The notes below the pieces were generated by a model that saw nothing but the letters and a program-made list of their open reading frames with translations, did no database searches and was not told the origin of the DNA. A DNA stretch of 64,000 bases from Clostridia bacterium (lineage in GTDB: Bacteria > Bacillota > Clostridia > UBA1212): contig JAFSVU010000054.1 of NCBI GenBank assembly GCA_017444825.1, positions 20,169 to 84,168 of the forward strand, read 5' to 3'. Shown piece after piece: positions 8,895 to 17,797 of this stretch. The position numbers and the translations under genes were made by a program. How positions within the stretch are numbered: position 1 is the first letter of the stretch; the number at the start of each line of letters is the position of its first letter.

Positions 8895-9737
8895 TCAATT
8901 GCAAATATAAAAAACTTTTAATAACAGACTCATCTCATTAAAAGGTATTCCATTGGATGAAAACAACTCACTTTGTGTAACATATACAGTTCTGCCGGAT
9001 GCCGGGTTCCACAGGGCGTATTTTGTTGTCCCATCCTCGTTTTTTTTGTCTGTTATCACCATTGCGTGGTAGTATGTGTCGCTGTTGCTTATCACTTCCA
9101 TTGAGACATAGACATATCTTCCGTTGTCAAGTTCATTATTGAACGTGTTTATTAACGAAGGTGTCCAGCCCAGGAGAAAAACTTTTTCTTTCTTTTCTAT
9201 GTTCATCGTGTTGTATGATGCTAACTGGAGCGCGGCAACCGTATCAGAAGAACTGCCCGACAAGTCCTCGTCAGTTCCTTTTATCAGATAAACAATGTAA
9301 TGCTGTCCTGCGTCGGCGGTTTTTAAGGTGTTATATTGTTCGCCGTAACACTTTATTGTTGCCCCTCCACCGACTGGCGTGTATTCGTGTAATCCGTCGT
9401 AATACCCCAGAATCATTACCCCTTCCGGCAATGGGTTGTTTGATGCTGTATTTCCACCGTTATGTACCCCAACACGTTTGGCGGCTGCAGCCCAGCACCA
9501 GTGATCTTTGTTCTGTAGATCTGGATTTGGCAGACGCTCAACACGGGCGGTGAATTTGCTGTAATCAGAAGCTGTCGAGTTGAAGAACGCACGCATTTCG
9601 GATGTTCCTGCCTCTCTCGCAAACAGGCTTCCTGCGTTGTTTATTGTTGCGATATCGGTATTCGTTGAAATCCATGACGCGTTATGAACATTGCTTACGG
9701 TAAGTGTTTCAGAATACCTGCATGAAACTATTCCCAA
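8895..9737 (-). CDS. Papain-fold cysteine protease (C39/C70-like) with a partial Ig-like (Big_2) domain; probably 5'-truncated
   Basis: Q-NKDHW-C-WAAA, HAMVI and LWNP motifs; N-terminal 'WISTNTDIATINNAGSL..AGTS' is Big_2-like. TTG start lacks RBS and signal peptide; in-frame stop at 9774-9776. Confidence 0.72.
   Translation of the reverse strand: MGIVSCRYSETLTVSNVHNASWISTNTDIATINNAGSLFAREAGTSEMRAFFNSTASDYSKFTARVERLPNPDLQNKDHWCWAAAAKRVGVHNGGNTASNNPLPEGVMILGYYDGLHEYTPVGGGATIKCYGEQYNTLKTADAGQHYIVYLIKGTDEDLSGSSSDTVAALQLASYNTMNIEKKEKVFLLGWTPSLINTFNNELDNGRYVYVSMEVISNSDTYYHAMVITDKKNEDGTTKYALWNPASGRTVYVTQSELFSSNGIPFNEMSLLLKVFYICN
9106..9187. repeat. Homology block A, copy 1
   Basis: 80 of 82 nt identical to 7761-7842. 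Confidence 0.92.
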
Positions 9738-9801
9738 ATCCGAAAGAAAAAAGAGGGCTCCGCGCTTTGCGTGTTATTGCCGGTAAAACTTATAAAAGCG
9801 T

Positions 9802-12800
9802 TCAGTCGTAGGCTTTCAGCTTGCCTTCCTCGATCAGCTTGATCACCACGTCGGCGATCTCCGGGTCAAACTGGATGCCCTTGCATCTCTCGAATTCGGC
9901 CACGATCTTCTCCTTCGGGTAGGGCTCTTTGTAGACACGCTTTGTCGCCATGGCGTCGAAACAGTCTGCGCAGCAGATGATGCGGGCAATAAGCGGGATG
10001 TCCTCGCCTTTCAGTCCTTCGGGGTAGCCACCTCCGCCGTATTTCTCGTGGTGATACTTGGCGCCTTCCACAATGTTGGGGATAGTGGAGATGTCCTTCA
10101 GGATCTTTGAGCCCTTTGTGGTGTGGCTCTTCATGATGTCAAACTCTTCGTCAGTGAGCCTGCCGGGCTTGTTGAGGATTGCGTCGGGGATGCCGATCTT
10201 TCCGATGTCGTGGAGAAGGGCGGTGTAGTAGAGGTTCTCGAGACTGTCGCCTTCCATGCCCATGGCTTCCGCGATGATCCTGGAGTAGCGTCCGACGCGT
10301 ATGGAGTGGCCGTTGGTGTATGCGTCCTTGGCGTCAATGGTGCGGGCAATGGCCTCGATGGATTCAATGGTGATGCCCTTGAGCTCCGCCTCTCTTGCCT
10401 TGGCGTTTTTGGCCTTCTTGTGGATGATCAGGAAGTTGATGAGGAAGATGAGTAGAATGGCGACCAAACCCGTCACGATCCAGAACCAGGTCTGCTCGTA
10501 GATCTGCTTATCCTTGATGAGGACAATGTCGATCTCGTTGCTGACAAGGCCGTTTGAGTCGATCACGTAAACGTGGAACGTGTGCCTGCCTCCGGAGATG
10601 TTCGTGTATGAGATGGTAAGATCGTCTGCGATTTGAATGTAATCGCTGTCGACACCGTCAAGCTTGTAGCAAACCGTGTGGCCCTTGTTGGGCTTGAACT
10701 CGAGGATCGAAAGGTTGAATTCGATACGGGAGGCGTTCTTCTTAAGCTTGATCTCGTTCCCGTACATCTGGACGCTGTCAACGTTGACGCAGTTGACGGC
10801 GATCTTCGCGGGGATGTCCCGGTCCGTTGAACCTGCGAAATCGTAGGCAAAAATACCGTCTGTAGTCTGAAAATAGTACCTGCAGGTCTCCTCGTCGTAA
10901 TAACCCGATGTGTTGGCCTGAATGGGCCTGAGGCCGTTGGTGGCGTCGTAGAGATCGTAATTCACAAGCCTGCCGCTCGAGTCAAGATTTGAGGGGTCGA
11001 GAGAGTCGGTGATGTAGGCCTGGGTCTGGCTGGCTATAACGTACTTGTAGGACGTGTTCCCGCTGCCGTCCTTTACCTTAACTTTTGATATCTCCACGAT
11101 GGAGCCCTTGACGTAGGGGATGGTGATCTCTCTGTTCACAGCCTCGCCGTCGATCACTTCTCTGCAGAAGAACCGCCCGTTCAGGTTGTAGTATACCTTG
11201 TCGCCGTCAATGAGGAACTTCAGCCTGTTGCCGCTCACCTGCTTCTCCGTGGAGATCTCTTCGGTGACCGTGAAGTCGTCGTTGATGGTAAATATTCCGG
11301 CGGTGTGGTTGAAGGCGACCTTTCCGTCTCCGGTCCTGCTTATGTAGATGGTGCTCTTGTCGGTGTGGTAGACCGAAATCTTGCTTCCGTCGAATCTGTA
11401 GACTCCGCCCGACTGGTAGCCCACGGCAAGGAACCCGTCAAAAGCTCTCAAACATCTGACGTTGGTAAGGTCACCGCTTTGGTAGGTGTTCTCCTTGTCC
11501 TCTTTGAAACTGACGATATTCGCTTCATCGCCAAGGAAATCATTGTCGTATATCACCACGTCCCCGGTGCCCGGATCGTACTCCACAATGCCGAGGCCGT
11601 AGTCCGCAAAGTACAGTTTGCCGTTAAAGTATTCCACGTCCCTGAAGTCGTAGGGCACGCTTCCGGGTTCAACACCTTTTTCGGCAAAATAGGACTGAAT
11701 GCCCAGCATCACCGGGTTGTCGGTGCCGTCCGCCGGAACGATAGAGCCGCTTCTTATGTCAAACAGAACGAGGCCCGTCTTTCCGAGGCAGATGTAAAGG
11801 GTGTCGCCGCAGCGCTCGAGGGCGTAGACCGTTTTGCTCTTGCCCGCATATTTTTCGGAAGCCCACAGGACGTCGTCAAAGAGAAGGTCCATGAGGGCGT
11901 TCTTGGTTATGAGGGAGACGCCGGATGAGGAAACGTTGTGGCTTGCGATCCAGAGGTTTCCTTCGTAGTCTACCATAAGGTCGACGATCTGGGTCTTGTT
12001 TTCCAGATTGTCCATCGTCGAGTATTCGCCGTTCTCGTATATGCAGTAAACGCCTTCCTTTTCGCACCCGACGAAAAGCAGTTTGTCGTTTTCCGAATAC
12101 ATGGCGCAGTTGACCTGGTCCGTGATCATCGGATACTGAACGGAGGAAAGGGCATTGGCGTTAAGATCGTATCCCGTGATGCCGGATGTCGTGCAGATGA
12201 AAAGAGTATCGCCGAAGATATAGAGCTCCAGAATGAACGGGTTGTCGAAGATCTTTACGTGTTTATCGCTGTAGACGCCGTCGCCGAGCTGGTACAGGAA
12301 TCTGTTTCTTGAGGGATCTGCAACTGCTCTGTTTACGGTCAGGCCTTTGGTCTCCTCCACGAGCTCTGCGGAGCCGGTTTTAACGTCATATGTGAACAGA
12401 CCGATATTGGTGCAGGTGTAGATGATGTCGTTGACCTTATCGTATTCAAGGTCGTAGCACTCGACGGTGACATTGTCCTTTTCGAGAGACTGCCTGACGG
12501 ATTCAAACCCGAGGTCGATCACGGAAAATACGTTGTTTTGATACCGGAAAAGGTTGTTGTACGTCATGATGTAGAGGATGTTGTCCTTCTGAACAAGTCT
12601 CCTGACGTTTATGATATCGTATTCAACACCGTTTTCAACAAAGCTTTTGTATGAGACGAACTCATTTGCGTCGTATCTGGTCAGACCCGAGTACTGGGCG
12701 ACCCACACAAAACCGTCGTCGGTCTGGCACAGGGCCTCGGCACCGGCAACGTCAATATCCACGACCTCTTCGGCTTTATCGATAAGGAATGAGGAGGCCG

Positions 12801-12885
12801 ACACGCCAATGGAAGAAAACAGTGTACAGACTGCCAAAATCAAAGAGAAAAGCAGAGGAACTATTTTTTTCATTTTGTACTTCAT
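9802..12885 (-). CDS. Membrane HD-GYP cyclic-dinucleotide phosphodiesterase with beta-propeller plus Y_Y_Y extracellular sensor
   Basis: Signal peptide, propeller repeats (QTDDGFVWVA, DYEGNLWIAS), YKLDGVD..ISYTNISGGRHTFHV, TM helix, then DAKDAYTNGHS, HDIGK and HHEKYGGGGYP. Confidence 0.9.
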   Translation of the reverse strand: MKYKMKKIVPLLFSLILAVCTLFSSIGVSASSFLIDKAEEVVDIDVAGAEALCQTDDGFVWVAQYSGLTRYDANEFVSYKSFVENGVEYDIINVRRLVQKDNILYIMTYNNLFRYQNNVFSVIDLGFESVRQSLEKDNVTVECYDLEYDKVNDIIYTCTNIGLFTYDVKTGSAELVEETKGLTVNRAVADPSRNRFLYQLGDGVYSDKHVKIFDNPFILELYIFGDTLFICTTSGITGYDLNANALSSVQYPMITDQVNCAMYSENDKLLFVGCEKEGVYCIYENGEYSTMDNLENKTQIVDLMVDYEGNLWIASHNVSSSGVSLITKNALMDLLFDDVLWASEKYAGKSKTVYALERCGDTLYICLGKTGLVLFDIRSGSIVPADGTDNPVMLGIQSYFAEKGVEPGSVPYDFRDVEYFNGKLYFADYGLGIVEYDPGTGDVVIYDNDFLGDEANIVSFKEDKENTYQSGDLTNVRCLRAFDGFLAVGYQSGGVYRFDGSKISVYHTDKSTIYISRTGDGKVAFNHTAGIFTINDDFTVTEEISTEKQVSGNRLKFLIDGDKVYYNLNGRFFCREVIDGEAVNREITIPYVKGSIVEISKVKVKDGSGNTSYKYVIASQTQAYITDSLDPSNLDSSGRLVNYDLYDATNGLRPIQANTSGYYDEETCRYYFQTTDGIFAYDFAGSTDRDIPAKIAVNCVNVDSVQMYGNEIKLKKNASRIEFNLSILEFKPNKGHTVCYKLDGVDSDYIQIADDLTISYTNISGGRHTFHVYVIDSNGLVSNEIDIVLIKDKQIYEQTWFWIVTGLVAILLIFLINFLIIHKKAKNAKAREAELKGITIESIEAIARTIDAKDAYTNGHSIRVGRYSRIIAEAMGMEGDSLENLYYTALLHDIGKIGIPDAILNKPGRLTDEEFDIMKSHTTKGSKILKDISTIPNIVEGAKYHHEKYGGGGYPEGLKGEDIPLIARIICCADCFDAMATKRVYKEPYPKEKIVAEFERCKGIQFDPEIADVVIKLIEEGKLKAYD

Positions 12886-12914
12886 AAACCGTACTCCATA
12901 AAAAATTTTTCCAT

Positions 12915-12942
12915 ATTATAGCATAAAAAAAAATATATACAA
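12915..12942 (-). promoter_or_regulatory. Extended -10 promoter for the HD-GYP gene
   Basis: Minus strand TTGTAT-16 nt-TATAAT with TG extension. Confidence 0.5.
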
Positions 12943-13054
12943 CATCGGACTTGGCTGACGACCCTCCTTTGCAGGCGCTTTTCTCTTGTAATCTCCCGCG
13001 GTTTTTATTATCATTCATCTTACCCGGACTAATTGTTTTAAGAAGGAGAATGAT

Positions 13055-15631
13055 ATGAACAAGCGAATTGATGACGTTCGAAACGGACGTGAGGACAATT
13101 ACCTGCTTCCATTTTACTGGCAGCACGGCGGCAATCAGTTTGAAAAGATACCGGAGCACATCGAGCGCATTTATCAGAGCGGCTGCAGGGCTTTCTGCGT
13201 TGAGTCAAGGACCCACAGTGATTTCTGCAAGGACGACTGGTGGCACGATATGGAGATCATCATCAATGAAGCCAAAAAGCGGGGGATGAAGGTCTGGATA
13301 TTCGACGACGACCACTATCCCACAGGACATGCGGCGGGGGCGGTGAAAGCTCACCCCGAGCTTAGACAGATCTTTCTTGCAGAGAAGCACGTGGACGTCA
13401 TCGGGCCAGGGAAAAACATGCTCCTTTCCATCGAGCTTGAAAACGGTGAGAAGCTTCTCGGCGCATATGCATTTAAGAGGACGGGAAACGACGAGGAGTG
13501 CATTGGCGAGCCTCTTGATCTGAATTCCGGTGTCAGGGGAAAGTTCCTCAAATTTGACCTTCCCGAGGGCTGCTGGAGGGTGTTTTTCTACTATGAGACG
13601 ACCCGTGCCTGCGTCAGGCCGGACTACATAGATATGCTGAGAGAGGAGTCGGTGAAGCTCCTGGTGGACACGGTGTACGAACCTCACTATGCTCATTTTT
13701 CCGATGAATTCGGGAAAACCATTGCGGGCTTCTTCTCCGATGAGCCCTGTTTCGGGAACAACTGGATCGGACCCCACCACATCGATCTCGGGTATTACAA
13801 CAGGCGTGTGGGCATGCCGGGACTGGGCCTTCCCTGGAGGGACGATATCCCTGAGATCATGGGCAGGGACATTGGCGTGGACGTGCTGCCGCTTCTTTCG
13901 GGCCTTTGGTATGACATCGGAGAAAAAACGCCAATGCTCCGCCACGCGTATATGGACACGGTCACGAAGCTTTACAGGGACTGCTTCACAAGGCAACTGG
14001 GCGACTGGTGCGAGGCCCACGGTGTACAGTACATCGGCCACATCATCGAGGATATGAACGCCCACGGAAGGCTGGTGGCCAGCGGAGGACACTATTTCAG
14101 GTCCCTTGACGGCCAGCATATGAGCGGCATCGACATAGTGCTCCACCAGATCATCCCGGGTATGTACGACTACATCCACACCGGATGGGCCTTCGGAAGC
14201 TACCTTGACCCCGCATTCTTCGACGTGTCATTGGCGAAGCTGGGGGCGTCCCTTGCCCATGTGGGGACCCAGATGGAGGGCAGGGCCATGTGCGAGGTGT
14301 TCGGTGCATACGGCTGGGCCGAGGGAACGCCGACCATGAAGTGGCTCATTGACTATCTGCTGGTCCGGGGGATCAACAGGTTTATTCCCCACGCTTTTTC
14401 ACCGGATTTTCCCGACCCCGACTGCCCGCCTCATTTCGGCGTGAACGGTCTGGATCCCCAGTTCGAGGGTTTTACAAAGATAATGAACTACACCAACAAG
14501 GCCGCTCATCTTTTCGAGGGTCTCACCCACAGGGCGGACGCAGCTGTCCTTTACCACGGGGACGCGGAGTGGATGAACTACGACGGCGGCGCTATGCTGA
14601 CCGACGTGCCGGCAAAGATACTGTTTGACGAGCATATCGATTTTGACATAGTACCTGCGGACTGCTTCATTGACGGTACAGGAAGCCGTGTGTTCAAGGC
14701 ATGCGCGAAGGACGGAAAGCTTGTCATAGGCCGTGAAACCTATTCGGTGCTGGTGATCCCGGCGGCGGTGCTTTTGCCGGAAAAACTCGAGAAAGCTCTT
14801 AAAGATCTCGAGAAAGAGGGCGTTCCTGTCATCAGAATGGCCTTTGATACGAAACCGGAGGAACTTGTTTCGATGGTCGACAGGCACGTAAACCGCGACG
14901 TTGTCCTTAGGGACAGGCTTCCCAAGCTCCGGGCCATCCACTTTTACGGCGATTCTGAGGACGTTTATATGTTCGCCAATGAGTCTGTGACGGAGACCAT
15001 TGATACTTTGGCGAGTCTGGCGTCGGTGAAGGAGAACACGGAGTGCGTGATCTTTGATATGCTGAACGACGAGACTGTAAGGCTGCCTGTAAGAAACGGT
15101 GAACTTCCGGTTAAACTGGAGCCCTATCAGTCGTTTATCGCGGTATTTGACAAAAAGGGTATCCCGGAGGACCTGCCGGAGTTTAAGGCATTTAATAAGT
15201 GCGGCGACGCCAATATAGTGTTTGACGTCGAAAAGGCGCCATACACGGATATGACCGCCTTCGAGCCCCTTGCAAAGGGTGTTCCTCCGGAAAAGCTTCA
15301 GGATGTGACCGCTTCCGACGACCTCATCGAGTTCTCGGGGAGATACAGGTACACGGGAAAATTCGTTTCCGATGAGACGGGCGGTGCGACCGGCATCGAC
15401 CTTGGCGAGGCGGGCGTCACGACACATATGTGGCTTAACGGCGTCGACCTCGGTGTCAGGGTATGCAGACCCTACCGCTACGACATTTCTTCGGCACTTC
15501 GTGACGGAACCAACGAGCTGACCATTGAGGTCTCCAACACACTGGCCAATGCAGTCCGCGACCGCTTCTCCCAATACCTGGCGATCCCCGCCAGCGGCCT
15601 CATCGGGCCTCTTACCTGGTTTAAAAGATAA
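13055..15631 (+). CDS. Cytoplasmic glycoside hydrolase, GH106 (alpha-L-rhamnosidase)-like with GH2-type C-terminal beta domain
   Basis: PFYWQHG, WIFDDDHYPTGHA, GFFSDEP, CEVFGAYGW, and C-terminal WLNGVDLG...NELTIEVSNT; AAGGAG RBS. Confidence 0.75.
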   Translation: MNKRIDDVRNGREDNYLLPFYWQHGGNQFEKIPEHIERIYQSGCRAFCVESRTHSDFCKDDWWHDMEIIINEAKKRGMKVWIFDDDHYPTGHAAGAVKAHPELRQIFLAEKHVDVIGPGKNMLLSIELENGEKLLGAYAFKRTGNDEECIGEPLDLNSGVRGKFLKFDLPEGCWRVFFYYETTRACVRPDYIDMLREESVKLLVDTVYEPHYAHFSDEFGKTIAGFFSDEPCFGNNWIGPHHIDLGYYNRRVGMPGLGLPWRDDIPEIMGRDIGVDVLPLLSGLWYDIGEKTPMLRHAYMDTVTKLYRDCFTRQLGDWCEAHGVQYIGHIIEDMNAHGRLVASGGHYFRSLDGQHMSGIDIVLHQIIPGMYDYIHTGWAFGSYLDPAFFDVSLAKLGASLAHVGTQMEGRAMCEVFGAYGWAEGTPTMKWLIDYLLVRGINRFIPHAFSPDFPDPDCPPHFGVNGLDPQFEGFTKIMNYTNKAAHLFEGLTHRADAAVLYHGDAEWMNYDGGAMLTDVPAKILFDEHIDFDIVPADCFIDGTGSRVFKACAKDGKLVIGRETYSVLVIPAAVLLPEKLEKALKDLEKEGVPVIRMAFDTKPEELVSMVDRHVNRDVVLRDRLPKLRAIHFYGDSEDVYMFANESVTETIDTLASLASVKENTECVIFDMLNDETVRLPVRNGELPVKLEPYQSFIAVFDKKGIPEDLPEFKAFNKCGDANIVFDVEKAPYTDMTAFEPLAKGVPPEKLQDVTASDDLIEFSGRYRYTGKFVSDETGGATGIDLGEAGVTTHMWLNGVDLGVRVCRPYRYDISSALRDGTNELTIEVSNTLANAVRDRFSQYLAIPASGLIGPLTWFKR

Positions 15632-15669
15632 CGCTGCCGGGCTCCCGCGGGGCGAAGGATTTTGATATC

Positions 15670-17715
15670 ATGGAAAGCGTAAAAAGAGCTATAATAAGGG
15701 CTTTTTCGGTCCTCCTTGCAGCGATTGTGCTCGCAGGGTGCTCTTTCTTTGCGCCTTCGACGCCGGATGCAGGAAAGACCGGAAACGGGAAGGTCAGGGT
15801 CATGCTGGAAAAAACGGAGGGCCTGGTCATACTGTCGGGCTTTTATGCGGATGCGGATCCGGGCGGGGACGTGACCTTTGAGGTCAGGGCAGAAGAGGGC
15901 TATGAGATCTTAAGCGCAGAAGGTGGCGAGTACGACCCCGCTTTAGGTACCGTCATGGTGAAGAACGTCAGGTACCCTTTGACAGTCACCGTAAAGACCG
16001 TAAAAAACGGACCGGCTCCGACAGATGTTCCCGTGGAAACGCCGTATGTCACGCCGGAACCCACGGCCACGGCTACGCCCGCACCGTCAACGCCCACTCC
16101 TGTGCCGACACCGGAGCCTACGGAGATGCCCACCCCCAAGGAGGAGACCACCCCCGAGGCACCAGGCATAACTCTCAAGGACCCCGTTCTTAACGAAAAA
16201 CTTTACCCAGCATCCGGGGAGTCTTCCGACTCGAATCTTGAAACGAATTACAAAATAACGTATTACGCCAATGGCGGCACCGTGAACGGGTACACGACCG
16301 ATGCGGTGTATATGTATTTCCCGAGGGACAATTACCTCATGCCGAACGCTCTCCCGGATACCGGCTACTTCAAAAAAGAAGGGCATATCCTGGCGGGCTA
16401 CACCGAAAACGGAGACGGCTCAGGTGCATACTACGCCCCCGGGTGGAACGTGCCGGTCGATGAAAACGGTGAGGCAAAGCTTTACTGCCTCTGGGAGCCC
16501 GCAGAGCCCGAGGACATGTTCGATTGCGAGCTTACGGACTACTGCGCAGTCATAAGGTCGTACAATGGCAACGCCTCAAAAGTCGTTATTCCCGAAAAAA
16601 TAGCGGGGAAAAAGGTGGTCAAGATCGCGGGCGGGGCATTCTCCGGAAAGGGCATAAGCACCGTTTACATTCCGAAATACGTGGAGACCATAGAGTGGGG
16701 CGCCTTCGCAAACTGCCCGTCTCTCACCTCGGCTCACATTCCCGACAGCGTGGTCGAGATGAGCGACGGGGCCTTTTCGGGATCGCCGATGAAGACCGCT
16801 TATATAAACGCGGTGAGGAACCCGTCCTATATGTATTCGCTTATGGGCAACGGCACCGTAAAATACGAGCGTCTTGAGACTGCGAAGGGCAAAAAGATAA
16901 TCATCATATCAGGCTCCGGCTGTCTTTACGGCATAGACTCAAAGCTTATGGAGGAGGAGCTCCCCGGTTACACCGTGGTGAACCTGGGGCTTCTGGTGAA
17001 CATATCCGCGGTGTTCAACGCGGAGCTTGTCGCAAGCTTCACATCAGAAGGTGACTACGTGATATTCTCCCCCGAAATGAATGAACTTCAGTACGGACTT
17101 GACCCGTTTTCCACCACTATGTGGAAAAGCTTTGAGGCGGCCTACGAGGTATTGGCGAGGGTGGATATAAGAAACTATCCGGAGGTGTGGACCTCATTTG
17201 GCGCCTTCAATGCCGCGAAGAGGGATATGGCAGAGGGCAGGTACTCCCAGACCAGCAGCGATTTTTCATTAAACAAATACGGCGACCTTTCATCTTATTT
17301 TACGGAGACACAGCCGTCCTACGGGGACCGGCAGTCGTATTATCTTTCAAACGGCGGCAGCCTGGGGCTCGACTACCCCACGTCAATGGTGAAGAACTAT
17401 TCAAAGAGATTCAATGAGGCGATGGACAGGGTCAACGCCACCGGGGCAAAATGTCTTTTCGCGTTTTGCCTGATGGACAGGGCCTGCCTGGTGGCAAGCG
17501 CTCTTGTGCCGGGCGGAGAGGCCCAGAAGGCTTACGAGAATGCGGTGGACAGCATACTCCATGCCGACCGGATATCGACGGTGAACGAGTATATTTACGA
17601 GCCGGAGCTTTTCTACAATTCGGAGTGGCACGTGACCGGTGAAGGAAGGACAAGAAGGTCAAAACAGCTGGCCGGTAATATAAAACAATACGTTGAGAAC
17701 GGGCCCATTGGTTAA
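15670..17715 (+). CDS. Surface lipoprotein: Pro/Thr linker, InlB-B-like repeat, BspA-type LRR, SGNH-like C-terminal domain
   Basis: Lipobox LAGC, ITYYANGG...LYCLW, IPKYVETIEWGAFANCPSL, IIISGSGCLYGIDS, FYNSEWHV. Confidence 0.75.
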   Translation: MESVKRAIIRAFSVLLAAIVLAGCSFFAPSTPDAGKTGNGKVRVMLEKTEGLVILSGFYADADPGGDVTFEVRAEEGYEILSAEGGEYDPALGTVMVKNVRYPLTVTVKTVKNGPAPTDVPVETPYVTPEPTATATPAPSTPTPVPTPEPTEMPTPKEETTPEAPGITLKDPVLNEKLYPASGESSDSNLETNYKITYYANGGTVNGYTTDAVYMYFPRDNYLMPNALPDTGYFKKEGHILAGYTENGDGSGAYYAPGWNVPVDENGEAKLYCLWEPAEPEDMFDCELTDYCAVIRSYNGNASKVVIPEKIAGKKVVKIAGGAFSGKGISTVYIPKYVETIEWGAFANCPSLTSAHIPDSVVEMSDGAFSGSPMKTAYINAVRNPSYMYSLMGNGTVKYERLETAKGKKIIIISGSGCLYGIDSKLMEEELPGYTVVNLGLLVNISAVFNAELVASFTSEGDYVIFSPEMNELQYGLDPFSTTMWKSFEAAYEVLARVDIRNYPEVWTSFGAFNAAKRDMAEGRYSQTSSDFSLNKYGDLSSYFTETQPSYGDRQSYYLSNGGSLGLDYPTSMVKNYSKRFNEAMDRVNATGAKCLFAFCLMDRACLVASALVPGGEAQKAYENAVDSILHADRISTVNEYIYEPELFYNSEWHVTGEGRTRRSKQLAGNIKQYVENGPIG

Positions 17716-17797
17716 GAAAAACAGTTGATTATTGCGGAAAAATTGGCTAAAATGAAAGGTATGCAAAGAACTTGCGCTGCGGAGGAAAAGCGTAGCA

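Noticed and set aside
6526-9737. Diversity-generating retroelement TR/VR pair or invertible shufflon
   Set aside because: No reverse transcriptase or recombinase in the window; the repeats are direct and the differences are not adenine-specific.
16010-16170. Repetitive ACGCCG/ACACCG-like DNA
   Set aside because: It encodes a Pro/Thr linker and is not an independent repeat array.
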